Origin: Pseudomonadota bacterium
GTDB lineage: Bacteria; Pseudomonadota; Alphaproteobacteria; Micavibrionales; Micavibrionaceae
Direction: 5' to 3'
DNA: 52,053 nucleotides
Assembly (NCBI GenBank): GCA_039026795.1
Contig: JBCCLQ010000001.1
Coordinates: 1-52,053, forward strand
This document shows, piece by piece, positions 17,794 to 26,947 of this stretch. Both the position numbers and the translations under genes were made by a program. Numbering within the stretch: position 1 is the first letter of the stretch; every line of letters starts with the position of its first letter. The notes below the pieces were generated by a model. That model ran no database searches. It was given only the letters and a program-made list of their open reading frames with translations, and had not been told where the DNA came from.

Positions 17794-19602
17794 TTATTCA
17801 TCTCCCATTTTGAGGGCATTGATGAAGGCTGATTGGGGGATTTCAACGTTCCCATATTGGCGCATTTTCTTTTTCCCCTTTTTCTGTTTTTCAAGGAGTT
17901 TGCGTTTTCGCGAGACGTCACCACCATAACATTTGGCCGTCACATCCTTGCGCATCGCACTGATATGTTCGGCGGCGATGATTTTACCACCCAGGGCGGC
18001 CTGTACCGCGATTTTAAACATCTGGCGAGGGATGAGCTCCTTGAGGCGTTCGCACAGCTGCCGCCCGCGGCTTTCGGCGTTATCCTTATGCACGATCATG
18101 GCGAGCGCATCGACGGGTTCCTGATTGACGCGGATGTCGAGTTTCACCAGATCGTTTTTATCGTATCCGTCCAGCGCGTAATCGAAGGACGCATAGCCAC
18201 GCGAAATGGATTTCAGGCGGTCATAAAAATCAAATACCACTTCGTTGAGCGGCAGGCGGTACACGACCAACGCGCGGTTACCGGCATAGTTCAATTCGAT
18301 TTGCACGCCGCGGCGTTCCTGACACAGTGTGAGGATGCCACCCAAATATTCATCCGGTACAAGGATAGTGGCCTTGATCCACGGCTCTTCAATGCTTTCG
18401 ACCTTTTGCACATCGGGCATATCAACGGGATTGTACAGCTCCATCTGCTCTCCATTGGTGAGGTTGATTTTATAAACCACGGATGGCGCAGTGGGGATTA
18501 GGTCGAGGTCAAATTCACGCTCGAGGCGTTCCTGAATAATCTCCATATGGAGCAGGCCGAGGAAACCGCAGCGGAAACCGAGGCCGAGGGCTTGCGAGCT
18601 TTCGGTTTCATAATGCAGCGATGCGTCATTCAGTTTGATCTTACCAAGTGAATCGCGCAGCTTCTCATAATCTGACGCATCGGCGGGGAAGAGGGAGCAG
18701 AACACCATCGGCACGGAGGGCTTGAACCCCGGCAAGGCTTCTTCGCATTGGTTCTTTTCATCCGTGATGGTGTCACCGACTTTGGTTTCGGATATGTCTT
18801 TAATGCTCGCCGTGATGAAACCCATTTCACCGGGGCCAAGCTCATCAAGTAAAACATGTTTGGGGGTGAACATCCCGACGCGGTCAATGTCGCGGGTGGC
18901 TTCGGCCTTCATGAAACGGATTTTCTGTCCTTTTTTGAGGTAGCCGTCAATCACGCGCACCAGAATGACAACACCGAGATAGGCGTCATACCAGGAGTCG
19001 ACGAGTAGCGCTTTGGTTGGTTTCTCCGCATCGCCTTCAGACGGGGGCGGGAGTTTGGTGACAATCTCTTCCAGAAGCTGGTCGATATTGATACCCGTTT
19101 TACCGGAGACGGGGACAGCATCAGTCGCATCGAGGCCAATCACATCTTCGATTTGTTCGCTCGCACGATCAATATCGGCGGCCGGCAGGTCGATTTTGTT
19201 AATCACAGGCAGGATTTCATGATCGTTTTCGATGGCCTGATAGACATTCGCCAGCGTTTGCGCCTCCACGCCTTGGGTCGAATCCACGACCAGCAGCGAG
19301 CCTTCACAGGACGCCAGCGAGCGCGAGACTTCATAGGCAAAATCCACGTGACCCGGCGTGTCCATCAAATTGAGCTGGTATTCAACGCCGTCCTTGGCTT
19401 TATAAGACAGGCGGACGGTTTGCGCCTTGATCGTGATGCCGCGCTCGCGCTCGATCTCCATGTTATCGAGGACTTGTTCCTGCATCTCGCGTTCTTCTAG
19501 CCCGCCGCAGGTTTGAATCAGGCGGTCGGCAAGGGTGGATTTTCCGTGATCTATATGTGCTATGATGGCAAAGTTACGGATATGTTCTAATTTTTTACTC
19601 AC
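17794..19602 (-). CDS. lepA: Elongation factor 4
   Basis: [25 protein letters not shown] and NKIDL are the GTPase motifs, and the rest follows the full LepA pattern. Preferred start is GTG 19602 (GGAG 6 nt upstream), giving 602 aa. The track ORF extends to 19644. Confidence 0.95.
   Translation of the reverse strand: MSKKLEHIRNFAIIAHIDHGKSTLADRLIQTCGGLEEREMQEQVLDNMEIERERGITIKAQTVRLSYKAKDGVEYQLNLMDTPGHVDFAYEVSRSLASCEGSLLVVDSTQGVEAQTLANVYQAIENDHEILPVINKIDLPAADIDRASEQIEDVIGLDATDAVPVSGKTGINIDQLLEEIVTKLPPPSEGDAEKPTKALLVDSWYDAYLGVVILVRVIDGYLKKGQKIRFMKAEATRDIDRVGMFTPKHVLLDELGPGEMGFITASIKDISETKVGDTITDEKNQCEEALPGFKPSVPMVFCSLFPADASDYEKLRDSLGKIKLNDASLHYETESSQALGLGFRCGFLGLLHMEIIQERLEREFDLDLIPTAPSVVYKINLTNGEQMELYNPVDMPDVQKVESIEEPWIKATILVPDEYLGGILTLCQERRGVQIELNYAGNRALVVYRLPLNEVVFDFYDRLKSISRGYASFDYALDGYDKNDLVKLDIRVNQEPVDALAMIVHKDNAESRGRQLCERLKELIPRQMFKIAVQAALGGKIIAAEHISAMRKDVTAKCYGGDVSRKRKLLEKQKKGKKKMRQYGNVEIPQSAFINALKMGDE
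17804..17829. repeat. Direct repeat copy B, inside the lepA 3' coding end
   Basis: CCCATTTTGAGGGCATTGATGAAGGC. Confidence 0.9.
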
Positions 19603-19748
19603 GTCGCGCTCCAAAGTATTTGTGTTGCGAACAATGCGATGCATTGCTTCGCGTGCGCGATAATCGCGAAGTTTCTTATTTCATGTAGGGGCTTACTCAT
19701 ACGCTAATGATGTAGCGGATTAAGCGTAGAAAGGGAAGGGGGGAGCGC

Positions 19749-22178
19749 CTAAGCGTCCAGAGTTTGTAGAGAAGCGTTTCTTGCGCTCGCTATAGCGCGC
19801 TCAACAGCAGCGTCTGCATCTGCAACTGCTTCAGCTGTCTCTCCATCTGGCATTGATAGAGCAGCCGGGTCAGCAGATGCAACAAATGAAGCATTCATGA
19901 CTGAAGATTCTACAGCTTCTGGTTCCGTCGAAGCACTTATAAAATCAGGTGATACCCTGCTTGCACTCACCGGGAGTAGTGAGGTACCTAAGCTGCTTGG
20001 TGCCCCTGCAGGAATGCCTGAATCGCTTGTGCCCGTCCCAGATATTCCTTTTGTACTCGTATTCACAGCAGCGATGGAACCGGGCGTTCCATATTTTTGA
20101 ACGTCTTGTACAATGCGGTTAAAATCATCGCGAACAGCACTGGTTACAGACGCATAGACTTGAGCATATGTTTTTGGATTGCTGCGATCCGGCTGGCCAT
20201 TACTTCCTCTATGGTAATATAAAGTTGGGTTCGCCGCGGCCGGTTTTCGCTCATATTTTGCCGCTGATCTGTTTGCCCATTTTGGGTCCGACGCGCGGCT
20301 GGCCAATCGATTACTACCTGAGAAATAGTATGCATATTGTCTTTTTAAATCAGTCCTTGATCCGGATTCCTTCATGTATTTTGCCATCATGTAGGGGGCA
20401 ACCAACGGATTTTGACGCCATTCGGAATTCGGATTAAAGCCAACGCCGTATTTCCCTAGAGCAGCACGTGCTTCTGCGCCATAGGTTTCTTCTAAATATC
20501 CTTTGGTACCATCAATGATTTGGCCGAAATTACGCGCTAATCGCGTTGCCGATGACGCACGATGCGTGTTGTAATTACCAAAATTTGATTCTTGGCTGAC
20601 CATCGCCACAATGTTCTGAATTGGTACGCCGCTTTCCAAGTGTGCAATTAAAATACCATCTGCAAGTCTTTGGTCTACGCCTGTTGCGGCAAAGCGTGCA
20701 AGATAAGCCTCATGCACTTGCTGAGCATCCAGGCTTGCAACACGTGGGTTTAAATCAATTGCAGAGTCACGAACCTGCATTGTGTTTTGAAATACTCTGC
20801 TCTCAGTTTGCTCTGGCCTGTAGGAACGATCAACTTCCATAAGTCCCGCACCAAATAGGTTTCCAATTTTGGCAACACCACCAACCATGGCCGGTACACC
20901 AAGTTGCACAGCTGTTACCAATGCCTGCATCATTTCCGGTAACCAAGGCATCATTTCCAATAGCTCAGGTGGAAACTCAAGGTTTGCGACTGTTTCATGA
21001 AGGTTGTCAAAAATTCCATCCCATTGATCACCGATGCCGTTGACTATAGCGAGCCAGTTTGCAGGATCGCTGGCAATCTCACTTCTCATTGTGTTGGTGG
21101 CGGAATTAAATATAGCGGCTACTACCGCAGGCGCTCCCGAATTAGGGTCTGTTGCAGCTGCGGATAAAGCTGTAAAATCTAAATCCCCTGTATTGGGATC
21201 GTAAAAGTTTGAAATATAACTTTCGGCACTTGCAAGATCCAGATCTGGGTTGCCGAGAACATCTTCTATTATTCCAGCTTTGACCTTACCCATTAAAGCA
21301 TCTAATTCTGCGCCACCCAGATTAATACCTCTCTCAGCCAGTGCGTCTGTAAAGACATTCGGGGGCAATGGTTGTGAAATCAGGGTTGATAAAACGCTTT
21401 GAGTTGAAGGATCCTGCGCTTCGCTCAATGATAATGTTGCCAAGCTGGCCGGATTGCTTTTGAATGCAGACAAGAAAGCATCCCGAGATGCCGGATCTGC
21501 TTCAAGATTCGAAAAGAAGGCTTCTTGTGTAGAAGCATCGCCCAAAAGACCTTCTGTTGAGCGCATTGCATCAAAAAGAGCATCACCTTCCAAAGCTCCA
21601 AAGCGCTCATTTAATTCAGCCGCGGTTCCGTCAACCAGTGCAGTTCTGAAATCATCCGATGTAAAATCATCCGGATCTTGTGCCAGAGTTGTGATGGCGC
21701 GCGTTATAGATTCTTGCCCGAATTCATGTTCAGACAAGTGCGTAAACATTGTTTGGTATCTTGCTGCCGTTTCAGGGTCAGTTGACAGATTGCTAAAATC
21801 CAGCTGGTCAACACCAACATTGGTTGCAAATCCATGAAGTGCCGTACGGAAACCCGGGTCCTGATCCATATTGGTCAAAAATGTATTGAGTTCCCCCATC
21901 TGCACATCGGCTGCTGCATCACCTGTTAAGCTTTCAAGCTTTAATTCCGTAGCGATAGATAGAGCTTCAAATGTTGCATCTGGATCATTTACCTGTTGTG
22001 CAGCTTCTGTGAAAGCTTGCATGAGTGTTCCACGCAGATCGAAGTCGGGTTGAGAGGCATTAGCCGTTATGTCAGGGATTTTATTGACAATAATGTCGCC
22101 AACAGCATTGTTACCCAAACGGCCTAAAACTGAACTATTATCAGTGGTAAACTTTAATATATCTGCTGCGGTTGCCAT
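19749..22178 (-). CDS. Large acidic Cys-free protein with degenerate DPxxxF repeats, a central hydrophobic segment and a weak SLT-like motif
   Basis: 809-aa uninterrupted ORF with GAGGGA about 10 nt upstream of the ATG. It contains VSQESNFGN...FGQ and YAYYFSGSN, reminiscent of lytic transglycosylase motifs, and a Ser/Thr/Ala-rich tail. Confidence 0.7.
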   Translation of the reverse strand: MATAADILKFTTDNSSVLGRLGNNAVGDIIVNKIPDITANASQPDFDLRGTLMQAFTEAAQQVNDPDATFEALSIATELKLESLTGDAAADVQMGELNTFLTNMDQDPGFRTALHGFATNVGVDQLDFSNLSTDPETAARYQTMFTHLSEHEFGQESITRAITTLAQDPDDFTSDDFRTALVDGTAAELNERFGALEGDALFDAMRSTEGLLGDASTQEAFFSNLEADPASRDAFLSAFKSNPASLATLSLSEAQDPSTQSVLSTLISQPLPPNVFTDALAERGINLGGAELDALMGKVKAGIIEDVLGNPDLDLASAESYISNFYDPNTGDLDFTALSAAATDPNSGAPAVVAAIFNSATNTMRSEIASDPANWLAIVNGIGDQWDGIFDNLHETVANLEFPPELLEMMPWLPEMMQALVTAVQLGVPAMVGGVAKIGNLFGAGLMEVDRSYRPEQTESRVFQNTMQVRDSAIDLNPRVASLDAQQVHEAYLARFAATGVDQRLADGILIAHLESGVPIQNIVAMVSQESNFGNYNTHRASSATRLARNFGQIIDGTKGYLEETYGAEARAALGKYGVGFNPNSEWRQNPLVAPYMMAKYMKESGSRTDLKRQYAYYFSGSNRLASRASDPKWANRSAAKYERKPAAANPTLYYHRGSNGQPDRSNPKTYAQVYASVTSAVRDDFNRIVQDVQKYGTPGSIAAVNTSTKGISGTGTSDSGIPAGAPSSLGTSLLPVSASRVSPDFISASTEPEAVESSVMNASFVASADPAALSMPDGETAEAVADADAAVERAIASARNASLQTLDA

Positions 22179-22228
22179 TTTCGGGGTTTCCCTCTACCTG
22201 TTTTGTCGTTTTTTATTTTACTTGCCCT

Positions 22229-22258
22229 ATTCTATGAAAAACCAAGGGCGCAGTGCAA
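22229..22258 (-). promoter_or_regulatory. Sigma70-like promoter TTGCAC-N18-TAGAAT for the 809-aa gene
   Basis: Reverse complement of 22229-22258. It lies about 50 nt upstream of the start codon. Confidence 0.4.
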
Positions 22259-22450
22259 ATTTGAGGGCTTTTTGACTTATTTTTTACAATAAAAACAATG
22301 GTTTAAATGTTTTTTATATCTTTGTGGCCCCGTAAAATTTGATTCTTCTTTTCCGCATTCAATATACTGTAATCATAATATTATTGAAGGCGTGTAAAAT
22401 CCAATAAACGCCAAATTTATGAATTAAAACAATAACTTGACTAATCAATT

Positions 22451-22480
22451 TTGCATTGGGTTTAGCAAATACCGTATTAT
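22451..22480 (+). promoter_or_regulatory. Sigma70-like promoter TTGCAT-N18-TATTAT for the 22543 gene pair
   Basis: Located 62 nt upstream of the ATG, within a 364-bp AT-rich divergent intergenic region. Confidence 0.4.
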
Positions 22481-22542
22481 AGGGGCAAGATTATAGAAAA
22501 AACGAAAACGGATACGAAAAACAGGATTTAGAGGTAAGTACA

Positions 22543-23514
22543 ATGGCAAGCGATGCAGATAGTCCAGAAGTAAATACTACGCACCCTCAAGCTCCAGGAG
22601 GCGGAAATCCTACAGGAGGTAACAGTCTTCCAGATAATATAGATCTTGATACGCCTGAAGGTAGAGCGGCTTTAGCAAGGACACCTGAGGGTAGGCATAT
22701 ATTAAGTGAGGCCCGTTTAGACGCAGAAAGTGCTGCCAGAGTTCGTGATGCAGATGCAAATGCTGGTGCAAGAACAGCAGAAGGAAAAGCAGCCACAACC
22801 GTTGCTAATGCACAAGCAGATGCAGCCAGAAATGGTTCTGGAGGTAGGGGCAAAGGCATTATGAGGGCTGCCAGAAGTGTTTTTACATGGGCATTAGTTG
22901 GTGCTGCTGCTGACGTTGTGATGAGTGAGAATACACTCGGTGGTACTCCAATTCCTGGTACTTCTATCACTGTGCCAGGTGCAAACAGGCCGTCAGTTTT
23001 ATTAGGTGAACCGGATAGAAATCCTGAAGGGTCACCTACACCTATTCAGGGAGAAAATCCAGGTGCGCTGGATGATGCTGGCAGCTTGGCAAGAGATAGG
23101 CTGGCTGCTTCAGCAGAGTTAACCCAAAGACAAGCTGAGTACGCTCGCTTAGATCCGGGAAGACTTCCAGAATTCGGGCAAAATGATGTCACTGTTATCG
23201 CTGGCGGAATACGTGGAACACTGGATTTGCCTGAGTATTCAGATATCAGTCCAGAGGCGAAACAGTGCATGCTTGGTGCGTTTAGTGCTGCAGCACAAAT
23301 AGCAAATGCAGAACATCCGGTGGCAACTCAAAGAAGTGAATTCTTAGATGCTTTTGGAAGGTATGCGAGTGGCGAGGATGATCAATATGGTTGGGCAAAA
23401 TGTGTTAAAGATCACCCTGAGTTAGAAAGTGTGGCAGGGCAAGTTGAACAGGATTTTCTTACTAGAGGTTCAGGTATGCAGGCAACGATATCAAGAGCAC
23501 CCGGTTGGAAATAA
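22543..23514 (+). CDS. Hypothetical protein (disordered Gly/Pro/Ala-rich N-terminus, one hydrophobic segment)
   Basis: 323-aa ORF with GAGGT about 7 nt upstream. Arg codons are strongly biased to AGA/AGG, unlike the neighbouring core genes. Confidence 0.6.
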   Translation: MASDADSPEVNTTHPQAPGGGNPTGGNSLPDNIDLDTPEGRAALARTPEGRHILSEARLDAESAARVRDADANAGARTAEGKAATTVANAQADAARNGSGGRGKGIMRAARSVFTWALVGAAADVVMSENTLGGTPIPGTSITVPGANRPSVLLGEPDRNPEGSPTPIQGENPGALDDAGSLARDRLAASAELTQRQAEYARLDPGRLPEFGQNDVTVIAGGIRGTLDLPEYSDISPEAKQCMLGAFSAAAQIANAEHPVATQRSEFLDAFGRYASGEDDQYGWAKCVKDHPELESVAGQVEQDFLTRGSGMQATISRAPGWK

Positions 23515-23532
23515 GGTTATAAGGAGAAGGTA

Positions 23533-24342
23533 ATGGTTTCAGATTTTAATCTTAATAGTGCAGCAAATTGGCTAAGCGGAGATCCTACTCAAGGTGAAGG
23601 GCAAGGTGTTTCTCTGGAGAGTTTGACTGATCAGTTTCGTGGAGATACGTCAGCAATCAGGGATGTATTACGCTCGCGTTTAAACGCAGTTATCACAAAT
23701 TTAGAAGTACTTGGTAAGGCAGGTATTGAACCTTCGCAAGCACAACTGCAATCATTTGCACAGATATTGACGCAATATGTTAGCTTGGATGCGCAGTTGA
23801 CAATGAATGTGCCAAGACACCAGCAAGATGCTTTCCATCAATACGAACAAATGTTGTTGAATGGTGATGCAAACTTACAGCTCAAATCTGTTGAAGGTAT
23901 TGCTAGTGCTGATAGTTGGTGGGGTTGGGCCGGACAAACTCTTATAAAAATTATAGATGGTCTGGAAAGTCTAGGAGTAGAAAGAGAATCTCTAGCTATG
24001 TTTGAAAATATGGCTAACCGCTGGGTTGAGAGTGCGCAAGCAAGTCCAGAAGACGGAAACGGAAAATATATTCAAGCAGATGAAGGTCGCATAATAACAG
24101 GGCGTCGTCCTGATTTTGATGCAGCTGCAGGCATATCAGATAGTGCTGAATTATCGCTAGATCCCATGGTAGGTCAAAAAGTGCTTGAGTTTACACAGCT
24201 AACGCAATCGCTGATGACTGAATTAGACGAGCTAGCTAGAATACATGAGTTACAAGATTGGCAAAGTAGTGTTACCACTACTGATCCGAGTGCTGGAAGT
24301 GCACCAAGGCCATCGGCAAGAGACTTAGTTCCAGTTCGATAA
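23533..24342 (+). CDS. Hypothetical helical protein
   Basis: 269-aa ORF starting 18 nt after the previous stop, with AAGGAGAAGG upstream. No Cys and no recognisable family. Confidence 0.6.
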   Translation: MVSDFNLNSAANWLSGDPTQGEGQGVSLESLTDQFRGDTSAIRDVLRSRLNAVITNLEVLGKAGIEPSQAQLQSFAQILTQYVSLDAQLTMNVPRHQQDAFHQYEQMLLNGDANLQLKSVEGIASADSWWGWAGQTLIKIIDGLESLGVERESLAMFENMANRWVESAQASPEDGNGKYIQADEGRIITGRRPDFDAAAGISDSAELSLDPMVGQKVLEFTQLTQSLMTELDELARIHELQDWQSSVTTTDPSAGSAPRPSARDLVPVR

Positions 24343-24379
24343 AGAATAAAATAGAATAAAACTTTTTTAATAATAAATA

Positions 24380-24414
24380 AAAGCCTAATACCTATCTATG
24401 TGGTATTAGGCTTT
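24380..24414. terminator. Bidirectional hairpin terminator between convergent orphan genes
   Basis: 13-bp stem AAAGCCTAATACC / GGTATTAGGCTTT with a 9-nt loop. On the minus strand it is followed by a T-rich tract. The stop codon of the 249-aa ORF lies at the stem-loop junction. Confidence 0.65.
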
Positions 24415-25141
24415 CTGCTGTTGGTCCTGTTGGAGCAGTGTTTTCTGATATTCCCAAATAATCCTGTATTAACGCTTTATCTTCTGCATAAGGCTCCGTC
24501 CCTGTAATATGATGTGCCCAAAGAGCCCTACCTGAAGCTTGGATTATAGGACTATCATATATTTCATAAAAACCGGCGACTGATGCAGATGCGCTGGAAC
24601 TTGCGGTTAATACAGGTGTGCCAAGCAAAGATGGTATGCCATGTGTGGCCGCTGCCCTAGCAGCTAGCGGAGCGCTCGCCACCATGGGAGCCAATGTTCC
24701 AGCCGTGTGTAAACAATTATCCAGATCATCAATGGCTTGCGGCATTTGACCGTCCACTGCGATAACAAGGCCTTCATAGCCATCTGTGAGTGATGTGTGA
24801 ATATGTTCCGATCCTAAAAATGGATTATCTGTCATTGGGCCGATATCAACCTCTACGCCCGGAATAACATTGACAGCATTTAGTATGCGGGGTGCATGGT
24901 TAACGCCGTCCACAACATAACCGGGTAGAGAAGCCAGCCCAATGAGACCGCGATTTACGCCATCGGCAAAAAAATTAAAGCTGTTCCACATACGGCCGGG
25001 GCTAATATCCCCTTCGATATTGTTAATACACGGCACTTCATGTCCAAAAACCGTAATAGGTTGATGATAGGCACCATTGGCCGTAGCATCGGAAAATCCG
25101 TTATTTACGTTTGTACCTGTTTGTATGCCATCCTGAGGCAT
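24392..25141 (-). CDS. Hypothetical protein
   Basis: 249-aa ORF with its own promoter-like element. No family recognised. Confidence 0.55.
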   Translation of the reverse strand: MPQDGIQTGTNVNNGFSDATANGAYHQPITVFGHEVPCINNIEGDISPGRMWNSFNFFADGVNRGLIGLASLPGYVVDGVNHAPRILNAVNVIPGVEVDIGPMTDNPFLGSEHIHTSLTDGYEGLVIAVDGQMPQAIDDLDNCLHTAGTLAPMVASAPLAARAAATHGIPSLLGTPVLTASSSASASVAGFYEIYDSPIIQASGRALWAHHITGTEPYAEDKALIQDYLGISENTAPTGPTAESLIPHR

Positions 25142-25200
25142 GATAAGTCCCTGTTTTTATATAATTTTTTATTTACGTCTCATTACGTAAATTTACATAA

Positions 25201-25230
25201 ATTATACTCGAAAAGGGTTAACAGATGCAA
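25201..25230 (-). promoter_or_regulatory. Sigma70-like promoter TTGCAT-N18-TATAAT for the 249-aa gene
   Basis: Reverse complement of 25201-25230. It lies about 60 nt upstream of the ATG at 25141. Confidence 0.45.
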
Positions 25231-25271
25231 AAATCGCACCTGTTTTTGTTGTTTTTCAATAGGTTAGTGGA

Positions 25272-26891
25272 TTAATGCCGGAAATGCCTCATATCCGTGA
25301 AAATCATGGCCAAACCGCGTTCATCAGCGGCTTTGATGATTTCTTCATCACGAATAGAACCACCGGGTTGAATGACAGCTGTTACGCCTGCATCTGCTGC
25401 GGCCAATAAACCATCCGCAAAGGGGAAAAACGCATCAGAGGCGACGACAGAGCCCTTGGTGAGGGCTTCTTCCTGTCCGATGGCTTCGGCGGCATCCTGC
25501 GATTTGCGGGCAGCGATTCGGGAAGAGTCCAGACGGCTCATCTGCCCCGCACCGATTCCCACTGTTGCGCTGTTTTTGGCATACACAATCGCGTTGGATT
25601 TCACGTGCTTGCCGACTTTAAAAGCGAAGAGCATATCACGGACTTCATCATCCGTGGGTTCGCGTTCACTGACCACACGCAATTCATCGGGGTTCAAACG
25701 ACCAAGATCATCATCCTGAACCAGAAGACCCGCGGCGACACGTTTAACCAGAAGGCGTTTCTGATTTTTATCCGGCATATCACCGGTTGTGAGGACACGG
25801 ACATTGGGTTTGTCTTTGAGAACTTCAATCGCTTCGCCTTCGATATCCGGTGCGATGATCACTTCGCTGAATGTCTTGATTATTTTGTTCGCGCTTGTGG
25901 CATCCAATGTACGGTTTAACGCAATGATACCGCCGAAGGCTGAAACGGGATCACAGCGCAAGGCAAGATCATATGCTTCTTCAATACTGTCTGCGCTGGC
26001 TACGCCGCAAGGGTTGGCGTGTTTGATAATAGTGACCGTTGGTTGATCAAATTCAGCGACCAGTTCAAATGCCGCGTCTGTGTCATTGATGTTATTATAT
26101 GAGAGTTCTTTACCTTGAATTTGGCTGGCATTTGTTACGCCTGCACGCTCCGAGCCGTCAACTTTATAGAGCGCAGCACTTTGGTGTGGGTTTTCGCCAT
26201 AGCGCAATGTTTGTTTGAGTGTTCCGGAGAAACTGATTCTACGCGGGAATTTGTTCGCATCCGTTTGCTGTGCGAACCAACTCGCGATGTTGGAGTCATA
26301 TGTTGCGGTGAGTGCGTAAGCATTCGCGGCCAGTTTTTTCCGCAAAGCATATGTTGTCGCGCCGTCATGTTCTTCAAGATCCTGTAAGACATCATCGTAA
26401 TCCTGCGGATCAGTAATGACAGTCACAAACTCATGATTTTTGGCAGCGGCGCGGATCATGGCCGGCCCACCGATATCAATATTTTCGATGCAGGTTTCAA
26501 AATCTGCGCCTGATGCTACGGTTTGTGAAAACGGGTAAAGATTCACGATTATCAGATCAATTTCACCGATATCATTATCATTCATGGCCTGAACATGCGC
26601 ATCATCGGAGCGGCGGGCAAGAATGCCACCATGGATTTTGGGGTGCAGTGTTTTGACGCGACCATCCATAATTTCGGGAAAGCCTGTGTGTGATGACACA
26701 TCTTTTACTTCCAGGCCGCTGTCTTTAAGCAATTTCGACGTGCCGCCCGTTGAGAGAATCTCAATGCCGTATTTGGCAAGTTTTTGAACAAACTCTACAA
26801 CGCCGTCTTTATCCGATACGGAGATCAGGGCACGTTTGATTTTGATTTCTTTGGGATCGCGAATTGTATCGTTATTCTCTTGAGCACTCAT
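25272..26891 (-). CDS. purH: Bifunctional AICAR transformylase/IMP cyclohydrolase
   Basis: [40 protein letters not shown] and a C-terminal FTDMRHFRH. Confidence 0.95.
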   Translation of the reverse strand: MSAQENNDTIRDPKEIKIKRALISVSDKDGVVEFVQKLAKYGIEILSTGGTSKLLKDSGLEVKDVSSHTGFPEIMDGRVKTLHPKIHGGILARRSDDAHVQAMNDNDIGEIDLIIVNLYPFSQTVASGADFETCIENIDIGGPAMIRAAAKNHEFVTVITDPQDYDDVLQDLEEHDGATTYALRKKLAANAYALTATYDSNIASWFAQQTDANKFPRRISFSGTLKQTLRYGENPHQSAALYKVDGSERAGVTNASQIQGKELSYNNINDTDAAFELVAEFDQPTVTIIKHANPCGVASADSIEEAYDLALRCDPVSAFGGIIALNRTLDATSANKIIKTFSEVIIAPDIEGEAIEVLKDKPNVRVLTTGDMPDKNQKRLLVKRVAAGLLVQDDDLGRLNPDELRVVSEREPTDDEVRDMLFAFKVGKHVKSNAIVYAKNSATVGIGAGQMSRLDSSRIAARKSQDAAEAIGQEEALTKGSVVASDAFFPFADGLLAAADAGVTAVIQPGGSIRDEEIIKAADERGLAMIFTDMRHFRH

Positions 26892-26947
26892 AATATAAAG
26901 TCTTTTGCATTGGTTATGATGTGCCTGAGTTTATAGGCAAAAAAGCC

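Noticed and set aside
17833-18501. 222-aa plus-strand ORF (and several ORFs of 60-115 aa) antisense to lepA
   Set aside because: It lies entirely inside the strongly supported lepA reading frame and shows typical antisense-ORF composition.
17794-19644. lepA and the SIMPL/DUF4174 stretch as a GC-rich foreign block
   Set aside because: Spot counts give about 50-57% GC, similar to purH and parts of acnA. The low-GC segments (GT, OMP, orphan pair, lysis cassette) are the outliers, not lepA.
19647-19671. Hairpin CTTCGCG-N11-CGCGAAG between the 809-aa gene and lepA, considered as a terminator
   Set aside because: The T-run lies on the plus strand, where nothing is transcribed toward it. On the minus strand there is no U-tract, so its function is unclear.
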